A stretch of DNA of 64,000 bases from Hamiltosporidium tvaerminnensis FI-OER-3-3 (Eukaryota; Fungi; Microsporidia): the NCBI GenBank assembly GCA_022605425.2, contig CM061251.1:1-64000 (forward strand). Direction: 5' to 3'. Below the pieces are notes generated by a model that saw only the letters and a list, made by a program, of their open reading frames with translations, had not been told where the DNA came from and ran no database searches. Positions within the stretch are counted from its first letter, which is position 1, and each line of letters starts with the position of its first letter. This document shows, one piece after another, positions 35,551-49,870 of the stretch. The position numbers were made by a program, and so were the translations under genes.

Positions 35551-38500
35551 ATATTGAAAGAGATTGATCGATATATTTTTGTTGAATTAACCTATCAAAC
35601 AAAGAACATTACGAATCGGGTTAAAGTTTAATTTTTATTTCCTAACTGTTTCAGTCGTTTGCCAGTAACTTATAATTGTATAGATATTTGCAAGTAAAGT
35701 AATTTAAAAACGAAAATTTGCCTGAATATTTAAAGAATTTCTTAAAAACGGGAAGAGAACTGTTTGATATAAATCTCCTTTTGTATACAATCGTTAATTT
35801 TATTAAGTCTAAAAAATAGCTTGTAATAACAATCCTTAAAAAGGCCACACAGACAGTTCTTCTTAACATCATTATCAAACTTACTGAGTTTCTAAGGAAA
35901 ATTAAAGAATATACGTAGCAACTATACTAATAGAAAGGCAGATAAGTCTGATATAAGATAAATGCTGTAATTAAAAGATTTTCTTGTAACAAATGATTCA
36001 ATCATAAGCATATCTTTGCACAGAACTGGAAAACTGTTGTTATGGCATCATATAGGTGATGGAATGTATGAGTATAAGAATTTAACCTGAAAACTTTTGA
36101 AATTAGCTAAATAAATACCATGGAGCTAGGAAATGTTGTTGGCTAAAAAGAATATATTTTATAAGAATTTAAAACATAATATAAAGATGTTTAGGTCATT
36201 ATACAGTCATTTTGACGTGAAATGATTCTGACGATAATAAATGTTAGAAAATCGAAAAATATGGAAAAGTCTAGATGAGGTTCTTTGGTGTGAACCTTGG
36301 AAATATAAAATAAATAATGACAGATAAAATCCTACAAGGCCAAGAAATTATTTCAGGAACTTAAAAAAACTTATAAAAGATAAACTTTTTGCAATTGATA
36401 TTTAATCTTATAAATGGATAAAAAATGAATTTAGGTTGTATAAACTAACTTTACCACCTTTTTTAGAAAGTAACTTTTGGTGTACATTATACAATTGTAT
36501 CTATCCCACGCTTAAAAATCAACAGAAATTACTGCATTTGCATTTCATCGATGTTTACGGCATGTGAAACAAAATTATAATTCGAAATACTTTTTAAAGA
36601 AGTTATCTTATTATTTTAAAGAAAAGCAAAAAATGCCATCGTAAGTGAATGTAGCACTGTTTAATATTTTTTCGCAGAGAGAAAATGATGAGTTATCAAA
36701 TATTGAATAATGCTTAGGCTCTTCACAACTAGCAAAAAATAAACTATAAATTCTAAACAATGCATTTGAGACATTTTATCAATCGTAATCTGCTTATTAT
36801 TCTGATTTTCGCCTTAAAATTCTTTCGAACTAAATTTTCTTTTCTACTTTATATATTTAATCAACAGAAAGAAGCAAAACAAGAAAAAATTATAGAAAAG
36901 TATAGAATTTACTAGTGAAAAATTAAAATGGTGTATGAAAAAAGAGGACTTTTTAAAAATTCATCCAGGGTAAATGTGATAAGCACTTGTGGTGATACTC
37001 TTAATGCGATTTGCAAAATGATTCTCTTATTCTTATATTCTAATAAAAAGCTTTGAATACAGCTTCAAGCAATAATTTTTGGAAGCTTTTTTTGGATAAA
37101 ATCAATTATTTTGTTTTTTTATTCCTTTTGATGACTGTAAAATTTCTTTCTTCGTAGAACTACTAAATCAGGATGAAACCTAAAGTAAATAAAGTGTACA
37201 CTCATATCTCGTGTCATATGGCCCACGCGTTTAAATCGATATTTAAGCGATATAGTCGGGGAATATTCAATATTGTTCAATAATTTATGTGATATCATAT
37301 ATTACTGCCTCAATATCTCTTCACTACTTTGCTTTATGCTTCTCTAGATATTTCTTTATTTCAGACTTTAATAATATTCTTCAGGATTGCATCTTCTTGT
37401 ATTTAACAAAAGTTTCGTCTTGAAGACTTCTAAATGTCTGATTATGGTTTGTTAATTTTTCTTTTTGATGTCTGATAATTGTCAAACACAATTTGTTTTA
37501 TATTATTCGATTAGTTTTTTAGATATATTTTATCGTGTTTATTGTAGGCTTTGGATGATGTCTGATAAATGTCTCAACTTTATCTTGCATTTATAGCTGC
37601 TTTACTCTTAAAGTAGCGAAATTTTAGAATTTGCCCATATTTTTTTACCGTTTGTTTAATAGCTTTTTTTCTTTATTTTTTGAATAGTAACCCGCGCACT
37701 TTCTGGAAAACATGATTTTAAAGCACATTCAAAACAACTTATACTGGATATATCTGTAATTGTACACCAAGAAACTGTATACATTCTGAATTTAAACTCA
37801 AAATTTTAGGTCAAAATTATCTGTTTAGTATTTCCGCAATCATTATAATGCATCTAAATACGGTCTGATGAAAATTTTTAGTTACCGTCTTAAAAGCATC
37901 ATTACTTTTGAAATTTTAGTGATATTGATATGTTTTAATATATTTTTCTGTTCTTTCTACTTCAAACTCGCAATATTTTACTGTGAGTTCCTAGTGCATT
38001 GCTTTTTTGCCAATATGACTAGAAAGATGTATAGAGCCAAAAACTTCAGCTTTTGCCAAGCTATTATCTTTCATATTACTTCTTTAATTTATTGTAACAT
38101 CCGTCGTATAGACTTATTATTTTCGATATATATCGGCTGCTCGCTTTTAAAATCATATTTCGGATTGAATTTGTCTCTAAAGCCAAATTCCTCAAAAATT
38201 AAACTACATTTGAGTCTTTTTTCCATATTTGCCACAAACATATGTTGTTCGGATTTTTTTATCTTAAAACTACAATATATTTTTCTCCTTCAAAATATGA
38301 GTCTAAACAAATATATGCGAAACGAAAATATAAGAAGGTTTAGTAAAAGATGATATATTAGACTTTGTTTTTAATTTAATTGTGTAATATCGCTCGACGG
38401 GAAATATATAATATTTTTCACTTCGCTATTTAAGAGTTTTAAACTAGTATGGTGATCATTCAATTTTGTATATAATTTCAAACATGTATCTTATACAATT

Positions 38501-39013
38501 TGAATTTAAATTTGTAATATCACAATGTCTCATGCATTCTTCAAGCTTGAAAACCTTTTCAATAGCTATTTCTTTTCTGTTATCTTCAAATTCTAAGCCT
38601 GAATAAAGGAAACTGTGTTGATTGGTGTAGAATATTTTCTCAAATAAATCATATTTTTATCCAACCGAACAAATTACGAATGACAAAAAAAAGTTTTTGC
38701 AGTTTTAACTTAAAATAAAGAAGATTCTTAGAAGATCCGAGATCTTAAGGTTGTGACCCAGTGGTTTAAGTAAATAAAAAACCAATAATTTAAAATGCTT
38801 TATTGCAATTTTTTAGGCCTATTATAATAAAAAAAAAAGTGTTTTTAGTTACATTTTGATCAAAATCTTAACCTGCTAAAATTCACATAAATTTTTTTGC
38901 TCTTTAAATACATTTTTCAAATTTTTTTTTTAAAGTCTAAGAATTTAATTTAAAAAATCTCGTCTGTGAACTGGAAATATAATTATTTATAATGACAAAT
39001 TTTGCCTTAAAAC

Positions 39014-40480
39014 ATGGGAACAATACTTTTAACACTATTAATAATTCAATTTGGGTTGCTTTCGGATAGAAAAAAAACGAGAGGAATAACAAAAATTTTC
39101 GATAATACGCGTAACCAGTCTGCTACTTCAATTCGGAAAAGGGTTCATACTGATATGATAAAAAAACACAAGCGCATAAGCCAAGCACAAATTCTGAAGA
39201 CACAATAGTAAAGAATTTTGAAACTTTGAATACTAATTTAAACATTTTGCTATGCTTATCGCAGGTTAGTAACAGTAAGAAAAATGAGTATTGTAAAGAA
39301 GAGTATGCGATTTTTTCGTTAGCCAAAATAAGATTAGCTAAATTTTTAAAATACAAAGCGCTAATGGTCGTAAATCTGATCTATACCAAAAATAATAAAT
39401 CTGTTCAATTATAAACCGAAGAAGATTTTATTTATGAACTAAATCAAATGGGAAAATATCAGAAAGCTACTTATATTGAAGAGTCAGAATTTCTGGACAA
39501 AATATTCGAATTCTCTCAAAAATTTTTTCTGTTGAAAAAACAATATATTATTCTTTTACAAAAAATGATATGATTTTAAAAGCAGAAATATTGAATTTTG
39601 TAAATACCATAAATGAGATTCTGAACAAAAAACTATACTTTTTCATGTGCGATTTAATCGTTTTTTCTTTGATTAACCGAGAAGATTTTCGATCCAAGTT
39701 ACAAGAAGGTTATATTTTATATGCATCTTTTCTGTTGGAGGTGATAGAATCACAAATTGAAAAAATCATCGAAAATACTTCGAAATCAATAAAGGTACCA
39801 TTAAACACCACAGAGAAAAACGACAATACATATAAATTAGAAAAAGGATTTTTACACATAAGACTGTTAGTTTCAAAAATTTTATTTGTTATGAAAGACA
39901 ACAATTACTCTGCAAACGTTTATTTTCCACAGAGTTTATTAAGTTTCTTTAGTAGTTTAACCATTCAAACATTAGATGTGATTGAATCACCTTTATTTAA
40001 GGTTTTTATAGATTTATTGTTTCCTCTAAATTTTTATGGAGGAGAAAAATTTGCTATCAGTTCGTTAAATGCGATATTTGATCTAATAACTAAACTAATA
40101 TCTAAAATTCCTACAAAAAGAACATCTATTTTACAAACGGCAAGAAATATTTTGATAGGTTATTCGGATGAAAAACTCGTACATTTTAGTTTCGAGACTT
40201 TGAATTTTCTTTTACAAAAATACAAAAATGAAGTAATTCAAGATTACTTTAGCAGATTAAATAACAAATATAAGACCTTATATTGCGAAGAAAATATACC
40301 ATCAAAAGAAAGTGATGTTAAAAACATTTATAAAGTTTTGATACAAAGTCAAATGTGCTTGTATTCATATAAAGTATATTTACCTGAGTATTCTTTATAT
40401 TTAGTCAAAGATTCTGTTCAGAATTAGGAAAAAGACATCATAGAGGAACTGTTTGAGGCTCTTGTTAACTTTCAATTTTG
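39014..40480 (+). pseudogene. Disrupted gene for a putative secreted protein
   Basis: Signal-like MGTILLTLLIIQFGLLS, then open segments 39226-39414 and 39570-40427. Protein-like reading continues in frame past the stops at 39414 (TEEDFIYELNQMGK...) and 40427 (EKDIIEELFEALV). Confidence 0.55.
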
Positions 40481-42019
40481 AGCAAAAACACTTTTTAAAT
40501 AAACTTTTTTTAAAAAAACCTATATTTAATCAATGGCAGATAAAAACCCTAAAAAATTAAAGATTTTCCAAAATATACTTGGGATATGATTTAATGGCTT
40601 AATAAGACAATAGAAGTATATTTAATGTAACAGGGCTTTTGGAAATAAAACTTAAGATAATTTATTTCTTGAAATCTCGAGAAATGTGCCACTCAAATAA
40701 AAATATCTTGCTTTTAGCATATATTTTTTGATTTGGCAGTTCATAATTTTTATGAATTACTTATTCTGCTAGCTAATCAAGGAATAACATTTTTGTAAAT
40801 TTATATTATATCCATTGTATTAAATATAACAATCCAGATATTAAGCTCATAAAAACATACTTTTTTTGCATTCTAAGAAAAAAAATGCCAAAAAATCTTA
40901 GAATTCGTTATTTAGCCATAATTCATCAATAAAAATTTTATACTCTCACCTAGTCTGTTTCTTGTATTGTTTTTATTTCACATCAAATTTTTAGTATTCT
41001 TCAGACATTCTCAATATAATTTAGGTTTTTTCATTTGCATATTCTTCTTCTTCTTTTTTCATAAATTTCAATTTTACAGAACTTCAGCTCGGTTTTAATA
41101 GTTAGTCTGGTCACTTTCCACCTATTTTTATTAATTCTATCCTATTTTTCAGAGAAATTTTTTCTTTGAAATGTTTTATTTGTCTGAAAAAACCGTGTTT
41201 TTTACTATCCTACATTTATTAATCTATTTGTTGTATTAAGTTCTTAATCATTTTTACTAAAAATGTTTTGATTTAATCAAATATAAAGTTCCATTTAGCC
41301 TTTGAAGCAAAATTATAATGTGAAATTATTATTGATAATATAAATAAATTGTCCGGAAGAGTGATAGAAAAGTATCAATCTTATCATAAAATTTTTTATC
41401 TAGCAGTAAATTCTTAGAATAGAAACCTCAAGCAAGTGATTTAAACCCTTTTTAAACAGAATAGGTTAGAAAAAGTAAAAAAACAAATTTATTATGTTAT
41501 TCTTGCTGGATACTACAATTTAGAAGAAAACTTACAATTTTTATTTAAATTACTTTTTTAACCAATGAATCTTTTTAATTGTTTTATGTTCAGTTCTACT
41601 CACTATTATTGGTTGTGTAAGATTTATGAACAAATAGAAAGAGACATATCTAAATTAAAGCACGCTTATTGGTGTCTTAAATTTTTTTAACCAATTAAAC
41701 ATTTCGAGGTAAGTCGTCGTCAGGACATTACTGAATTATATAAATGATGATGATTTTAAAGAAATCTATTGAAGAAATGCAATCATTTAAAGCCACTTGA
41801 TTCATTATGAAATATTTTATTAGACTTTATCCCGGTATCGCATATAATATAGTTAGTTATATGATCTTCGTAAATATATATTTGCTATCATTTCGTTTTA
41901 GAAAGATATGGGTTTTGGGTTAGCTTGAAAGTTTTATTTATGGAATATAGTTTAAAACTTTTAAATGGTTATTATATTTTACTAACATGTGGTAACAACA
42001 CTTTTTTCGCGGTCTAAAA

Positions 42020-42700
42020 AACGATCCAATGTACAACAAGCTCCTGGTTGGTTCAGATGCATCCCTTCCTAATATTTTTAATATCCGCGTTATTTCCAAT
42101 ACTTTTTTAGATTCCTTGTAAAATATTTCACCTTAAAACTCGCAGATATTATAAAAAAAAGAAGTTTTTTTAAGGAATTTGTTGTGTACAAGCCAAAAAT
42201 TTCTCATATAGCCGCACAATTAAATTTTCCACAAAGAAAATTTGTGCAGAATTTAGAAATATTTCACCAGTAAAAACGAATTTTCAAACATTAATTTTAT
42301 AAAAGAATTAAATTAAATATAGTTTGTTTGTTATTGAAACCGTAATACATTGACTTAATCATTTTTCACCTTGAACTTGTTATTCATAAAAACTTGCCAC
42401 AATAAATAAAGAATCTCATAGAAGAGTCAAATGAGCTTTTTTGTCTTTTTATTTGTCTCAAAGTTTTTTGATTAAGAATTTATATTCAACAAGACAAATA
42501 ATCCGAACAACATTTTTTTCCTTTATTATGATTCCATTTTTTTAATTTTTAAATAGCAGTTCTATCAGTGCATCTATTTTTTTGTAGTTTTAGATATCAT
42601 CTGTTATTATAATAGTCATCTACGTTTTTGATTGATTGATTTCTTCGGCAACTTTGCAACTATTTAGGCTCTGCCGTGTATACTTCGTATTTTCATCCTA
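42020..42700 (-). mobile_element. Decayed Ty3/gypsy RT-RNase H remnant
   Basis: Minus-strand scraps YEVY, NVDDY (YxDD position), GKFN and RDASE (TDAS position) in pol order. Confidence 0.35.
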
Positions 42701-43029
42701 AATATTTTGATAAAACCTATTGGACTATAACCACCGATATATTTGCTTTATTTTATCTTATTATGCTTCCAGAAAGAGAATAATTAAAATTCGAGCGTCT
42801 AAAGAAAAGCATTGTGTTGTGCTGATAACCCTACTGATCAAAAGAAACATGTCTTTGAACGCTTGTAACTTAACAAAACTATAATTCTTTCTAAATTGTG
42901 CTCCATCCGTAGGGAAGGAACGAGCTATTAAAAAAAATAAAAAAATAACTCTAGATTTGTTTTTTGACTAATTTGATAATTTTTTATAATCATAAAAACA
43001 TGATATTGTGTCAAATTTATCGCTTTTGA

Positions 43030-43470
43030 TCATTCGAACATATTTTCTTCCGAGCATCTTTTATAATATGATTCACTTGTCAAACATGGATTTTGTTAAT
43101 TCGATTAGTAATATTTTATGTATATAAGGGTAAATTTTGGAAATAGCGAGTGGTGGATTAGAACGAATCAAGAGATCTATGAAATATATCAAGAATTCAA
43201 TATTTTCACAGAATAAAACAAAAAAGACTTAGGTGACTCTGTAAGTAGCAAAATGGTTACAGATTGAGCTGTTAGTAACAATTTTAAAACGTTACCTGAA
43301 AGTACAGAATATAAGCCAGACCAAAAAATGTAATTAGATTAAAGTTAGGAAGATCTAATGAAGCTTACTGTGCTGTGATGGAGAATTTTGGGCAAAATAG
43401 AGAGGAATGTGGAGTAAAGTTAAAAGACCCGAGCCATTCAGGGGTTGTTGTGCTGCGGAGTAATTAAGTG
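43030..43470 (+). mobile_element. 3' fragment of an RTE-clade non-LTR retrotransposon
   Basis: CQTWIL (43078), EWWIRTNQEIYEIY (43148), IKQKRLR*, EDLMKL..WRIL, NREE and AIQGL follow the RTE C-terminal consensus (CETW; WRxRxNxELYxxY; IKxxRLRW; DLxxL..WR; DRxxW; AxxGL). Confidence 0.75.
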
Positions 43471-44460
43471 ATTATTTTATGCATATATTTAACTTGGAAC
43501 ACACAAATAAGTTCCAAAGAAGCTACCCGTAAACATCAGCAGTCATTATATTACATTTCCACTGAAATAATAATGTGACTAAAAGGAACTATCAGTAAAT
43601 CCTTCACCGCATGTAAATCCTTTTTATTTTTCTCAATACTAGACCATCTATTATTTATGTGTCAATTACATCGAGAATTTAGCAATCTTGATCAGTTAGT
43701 TTAGTACCAAAAATCTAAAGAATCACATATATCGTCCAGTTTTTAAATATGCAGCTCGTAACTTCTTTATCGTATATTTTTTTTATAATTTAAATTCTTT
43801 GGCATTGTAGTTTATATACATTTATACATGGAATGTGTTTTCTGAAACGATATATTCATTAATAATATTAAATTTTGTTCAAATTATGTGTCTAGAAGAG
43901 TACAATACTTTTTTAATTTTGTTTCTTTGAAATAAAGTAAAACAAAAAGCTGCGAAGAAGCGGTAGAAAGAATAAATAAATATTTTTTACCATTATTTTC
44001 ATATGCAATATCCTGTTTCTCGAACAAACGAATGTTAAAAAGGTATGAATTAAATATGATATCAGGAATTTATAAGGGTGACAGGAGATGAATAAATTTT
44101 AGACATGGCCATACGAGGATGCATAAGAAATAAGGAATTCGTAAATGTTTAAAGGGTAATAGAATATTGTTAGCTTGTTAGCAATGACATTAATTAATAA
44201 TAAATCTATTGTCATTTCATATTTATTTTATAGTATTTTCTTAAATATTTTAAGAATACGATAGCAATAACTTGATTTGCAAGACCAATTATTTTAAGAT
44301 TAAATTCAATATTGTTTAACTACTGTTTTTTTATTTCTGTATTTTTATTCATTTTTTTATTTTTGCTACTTTCATATCAAAAAATTAAAATTCATAATCA
44401 ATTTACGAGACAATGAGTAATTTAACAATTTAAGTGAATAATCTATTTTCATAATAAATG

Positions 44461-45185
44461 GTGGAGGGAGGATACCCACATAAAAAACTTTCTGCTTGGC
44501 AATGAGTGTGTGAAACTGGTGTGAGGTCATTGTTTGGATTTTTGGTGGAAATACAACCACACTACATCTTCGGTTGTTCCATGGGAGTTGTTATGAAGAG
44601 GAGAGGTCTAAGAAATGGAGAAACTTTTTCTACGAATTTATTTGTAGTTTTTTATGTAACCAGATTGCAGACCGCAGGTGAACATGTAGGTAATTGCCAT
44701 GTAAAAGCATGGAAACCTAGCCTTGCTCACTCGGGTTAGAAGACTTAGCGCCTGGGAGATATAAAACAAAAAACAATTTAAAGCCGGGAGAGCTAAGTAG
44801 CAGGTTATCCTGTGGGTATGACATTGCACTGTTTAGGTGGACCCCATGTAAATCTCTGAAATATATCTTAGCTAGAAGTTTATTTGGTTCAGAAAGTGTA
44901 GAGTAAGGGGGAATGCTGCATAGTCTTGGAGGAGCCCGAGGGGGCTTCGGCCTTCGATCACACTCCATGCAACGAACATTAACGAACTCCGGGCAACTAC
45001 CTCGCCTAGTAATTAGGTTCTACAGACCTTGTAGATGAAAGGCTTTGGGACGTAGGTATCGCAGGGGTTACCGATGGAGTGTTGGGGTAGCAGTCATTTA
45101 TGTTAAACCTAGAACTGCGTTAATGTGATGAAAACAAATATAAAACTTGCCACTTTTTTAAAAATATGTGATCTTTTAAATGAAA
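44461..45185 (+). mobile_element. ~720-nt structured element (copy B) with TSD
   Basis: Near-identical to copy A; TTCATAATAAA at 44448-44458 and 45186-45196, extendable to TTCATAATAAA(T/A)GGT. Confidence 0.92.
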
Positions 45186-45354
45186 TTCATAATAAAAGGT
45201 TTTACTTTGAAATTGAAATACCAAAAAAAAATAAAATATATTTTAAGGAAGATTTACAGTCAGGATTTGTACTAAAAATATTTTAATTAACATTTTAAAT
45301 TTAGAAATCTTTTTTAATTTCTTTTTTGATATCAAAATTAAATATTTTTCTTAT

Positions 45355-45705
45355 TTAGAAACAATCTTCAATCAAACTACTATAAGTATTTCTATAATCA
45401 GTCTTTTCTTCTTTAATAACAACATTTTTAGCAATACCACTGATAATGTATGCAACAGGTGTTTTCATATCTTCTTTATTCATAACTATAGCTTTAACTA
45501 CTGCCTTTTCATATTCTACTCTTTTATCCGTATATTCAATAATTACATTTGATACGTTTTCTATCTTAACTGTTATCTTCTTTAATGAATTTAATACAGC
45601 TAGTAGTTTTAAACCAGCAACTTCTTCTTTTGAAGGCTTGGGCCTCATATGTCTCTTTCGTGGACCTGAAGGTCGATCGAATTGGGAATTATGTCTATTG
45701 TTCAT
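45355..45705 (-). CDS. Nascent polypeptide-associated complex beta subunit (BTF3/EGD1)-like, 116 aa
   Basis: Basic GPRKR motif, LKKITVKIENVSNV and VAYIISGIAK fit the NAC domain pattern; first ATG at 45705, preceded by TCCTT. Confidence 0.6.
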   Translation of the reverse strand: MNNRHNSQFDRPSGPRKRHMRPKPSKEEVAGLKLLAVLNSLKKITVKIENVSNVIIEYTDKRVEYEKAVVKAIVMNKEDMKTPVAYIISGIAKNVVIKEEKTDYRNTYSSLIEDCF

Positions 45706-46066
45706 AAGGACTAGCAAACATTTTTTGAAAAAAGAAAATAAAAAATAAAAAAAATATTTTTTTGAATAATTCGAGATAAATAAAAGAAATAAAAATATTT
45801 GTAATTAAATCGAAAATTCTTTAATTTTATTTACATTAAATATTTGATTTTTAGTTTTATTTTGCTTACCATACTGTTTGATAAAGTTTTTTTTTTAATT
45901 TAGTCTTTTCTTTAGTAGTTGATTGAATATTTGGTTTTAATTTTTGATTCTATCTTTACTGAGATTTTTAGAGCATGATTTGATAACATAAATTTTTTTG
46001 ACAGCTTTACAATCCAAATTCGTTATAAAGTGTCGGGTTTTGATACTTTTAGAGTTTTTTCAACCA

Positions 46067-49000
46067 TTTTATTTAATAAAATTCTGGGTTAAAATATTTT
46101 TACCAATTTTTTATGTTTTCTTCTACCTGTTTAACCACAGTTGTCTCTTCTTCCAAATCCGACTCTTCATTTATGTTATTGGTCGATTCCTCTAAAGTGG
46201 TTCCTCCTTGTAAAATAAAGGGGGCTTTATATTTTGGTTTAAAATTTTTGGCACCATCTTCCTCTGTTTTCGCTTCTTTTAAAGGGGGTATTGGTTCCTC
46301 ATGCATCTCTGATCTCATAATAACACCCATTGACGCTCTCTCCCAGCTCTCTTCGGCATTTAGTCCTGACTCAAGTCCTCTTCGTCGATCAAAGGAAATA
46401 GTTTCGACTGTCTTTTTAAGTACTATAGACTGAATGTATGCTTCTACATTCATGGGTATTTCTAGTCTTTTAAGATGAGATTTATGATATTTTGTCACAA
46501 TACCGTCCCAGGTCATCACATAAGGGATTATCTCAACACTACACTTATAAATAAGGCCCAACTCATTGGCTAGCAGGTCATACTTCCTAAGTTTTTCAGT
46601 TTCAACTATTTGAAGTGAATCTTGGGAAGTGATTCCTACTTCAATGAGTGTTATCTTATTCTTCTTCTTATCTAAAATAAATATGACCGGTCTGTTATTC
46701 CGAATTTTAACATCAGTTTTAATTCTGGTGTCCACTCTTATCTCTGCATACTCATTATCAAGAATTTCTTGAACTGAGTGGCTCCTTATTCGTTTTGAAG
46801 ACTTAAACTTATATCTATTTAGAAGGAAAAGGAGAAGGTGTAGGCATCTAACCACTTCATTATGCCGTCTAGTGTAATCATGGCCTAGCATTTTTTCACA
46901 TCTAGTTGCTAGATGATCCACAGTCTTACCAGACTTCCCGCAATGTTGACACACACCATCTGCTCCCCAGAATACATTTCTATCCTGGATATAGCAGAAC
47001 ACAGCTTCATTTCGTGGCCTAATATTTCCTCTCTTTAGCCATCTTGAAGAGTCACTAACACTCACAAGCTCATTTTTCCTTGCATTATATAACTTTGAAT
47101 GGAGTTTTCGTTTTTCTATTTCGTTATATAGTTTTGCAAGTTGAGCTTCTTCTAAACTTTTCTTAGTGACTTCTTCTACCAACCTGTACTTTACTTTTAA
47201 GAAGCCTTTTATTAGTGCAAGATGGGTTTTATTATTATTCTCCACCTTGAGGATTGCTGCTCGTCTAGTTGATATTTCTTTACTTTTTTCCAGACAATCC
47301 AAGAGTTGCAGAAGCATATGTTCGCTTCGCAACTCAACACTATGTAGGCCTCTTCCAAGTTCTGTTCTAGGAAGATACAACCGCTCTTTACATCCTGGGC
47401 GGAGATGTATCTTATTTTTAACCAACACCGCACGCACTGCATCATCTAACTTAGAGAAGTCAGCCGGTTCAAGTCGAAGTACTCCTATGTGGTAGTTGAT
47501 TAACGATATCGCATGTTGATTGATTGCAGAAAATAAATTTTTTGCATTTAATCTAGTGTGACAAAGTCTTTCAACTCTTGATATAAGTTTGCTCTGTACT
47601 TCTTCAAATGAGCTACGTGTTGGGATTCCTCTGCTATCTTCTATTATTCCTAAATATTTGTAAACACTAACACCTTCTAGAAGAGTAGCAGTATCTTCAC
47701 AACACGTATCATTTGTGGCTGACTTCTCTTTGTTAATCTCTAAGCCAATCACCTCTAAAAATTCCTTTGCCTCGCCTGTCATAGCACTCAATGTGGAGCT
47801 GTCTTTTGCAAGGAGCTTAAGATCATCAATAAACAAGAGATGATTAGTAGAATGGGATTCTGCGTCTGTTTGTACTGTCACTTTTGTGTATTTTTCATTA
47901 AGCTTTCGGCTTAATGGATCCATACACAACACAAATAACGATGATGACAAACTATCTCCTTGCAGAATCCCTCTCTCAATGTTCTTTCATGCTTTTTTCG
48001 GGCTTCATATATAAATTTCAATTTTGATATAATTACCTTGATAATTTCAGAAGCAATCAAGATAAGTAAGGTTGATGCATTGAGTTAAATAAGCATAATC
48101 TATTGAATCATTAGCTTTTTTAACATCAATCCATGTTGCCTTAAGATTATTTCCATACTCTTTATTTAAGGCAATATTCAGTAGAGCCTGCTCTTTCGCT
48201 CCCTGCACACCTCTTACCGCCCCTAATTGGTTCTCTGCAAGCAACCCTCGCCTTTCCACTTCAAGTTGAACGACTTTCGTTACACACTTTGTCGTTAACT
48301 TATAGAGGTTAGACATACAAGTGATTGGCCTGTAGTCAGAGCCTCTTCGTGGAATTCCTTTCGGTATCAAATACGTAAGCCCGCTGTAAAACCAATCAGC
48401 TTGAGTTGTTTCTTCTAAACATATATAACTTTCACAATATCATAAAGATATTTGTGAAGAGTTGTAAGTTTCTTAATGAAAAAATTGTAAATACCATCAA
48501 TTCCAGCAGCTTTCCAATTGGGAAGCCAATTAATGATATTTACAAATTCATCAAGTGAAGGAAACGTGGTCGGATGATTATCTGATACAAATGGAATCAA
48601 ATAATCATCGTACGTGACTGTGTCATCATTTTTGTTCCACATTGTAGACCAAAAACTCACAATTTCATCACGGCTAACCACATGCTCGGATTCTACACGC
48701 TCAGATAACCCACGATAAAATCGACCTCGGAAAAGCTCAAACATACGATTCTCTTTTCGGAATTGCTTCCTACTTTCATGCATCGTAATTTTTTTCTCGT
48801 AAACATTCAAAGACTCATTCTTCTTAACTAAAGCCTCAGAAAGATCAGTTACGCTGCTCAAGTTTAAATTAAACTCTCGCATGATTTTCTTAAGGCTCTT
48901 CGTTTCCGAAGTGGTGAGCTTTTCCTGCTTACGAGCCTTCTCGAGAAGATCTTTGGAAAGTACTAACTTAGAAATTTTACTTTCTATGTTTTTCTCTCAA

Positions 49001-49870
49001 GCGGATCTAGGCTTCTCTTTACGTGTTGCCTCGTCATAGCATATCTGCGCAGCTTGCATGATATACGCGGCTTCCGTAATTGACTCAGGTACATGAGCTT
49101 TGGCTTATTCACCGGCTACTAGATTAATGAGATCAGAACTTTACTATCAACCAATTCATTTGGATGTTTTCTAGTTCGGACCACCACTTTTCCAATTTCG
49201 TTCTCCGAGATTTCTTTGATTTTACTCAAGAATTTATCTCTTAGATTTATGTACTCCGTGGTGTCGGTCAAGGTGCATGTATCAGCGAGACAAGTGGCGA
49301 TTCTACGTCGCTCTCCATTCTCTTCTGATTTTACTTCCTTTCCCATCTCACTTTGTGCCAATTTTTTTAACACTTCGAGAGTTTCAGTGCAGCCGAATTT
49401 CTCATTATAGTACCTGTGAAGCTCTGTCCAGCCATTTCTTGGCATTCTTTCAAACCTTGTCTGTACTGCAAAAAAAACAATTCGAGGCCATTCCTTCGGG
49501 TCGGCTGTTACGGAGTCGAATATCGTCCGCAATGCCATTAGCCTGTTACCTTCCGGAATAGCTAGAGTACAGGGGCTTGTCATGTCGTACGATGGCTCGC
49601 ACGCAGAGACTTCAACCGAAGAGGGAACTGGTGCATTAGGCGAAGGTAAGATGTCAAGCCCACTATTTTGCATTTTACTGCATGTTTGGCTTGGTGGTGG
49701 AGGTGTTATTGTTGTGTAGGAGGAGGAAGGTAGGGGAATCGCCGGTGGGTGTAGCTTACATTTTTGTATCTCACTATCACTCTTTTTCACCTCATCAGCG
49801 TCGTTTGCAGCCTTTATTTTGGTATTATTCGATATTTCGCTGCTAACATTTTTCTTTCTACCCATAAAAC
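46067..49870 (-). mobile_element. Near full-length but disrupted RLE-type non-LTR retrotransposon (R4/Dong-like): RT, CCHC knuckle, restriction-like endonuclease
   Basis: ATG at 49865; WKAAGIDG, YRPITC, WIDVKKANDSI, RGILQGDSLS, FIDD, YKYLG, CQHC..HLATRC, RHN, RPV..IEV..KLRKY. Split into four ORFs by stops and frameshifts. Candidate TSD TTTTTTCAACCA at 46055-46066 and 49871-49882. Confidence 0.95.

Noticed and set aside
37200-38400. 161-aa ORF (+) and a possible gag knuckle scrap GHMTRD (-)
   Set aside because: ORF looks like antisense of decayed coding DNA; a single partial motif is too little to call.
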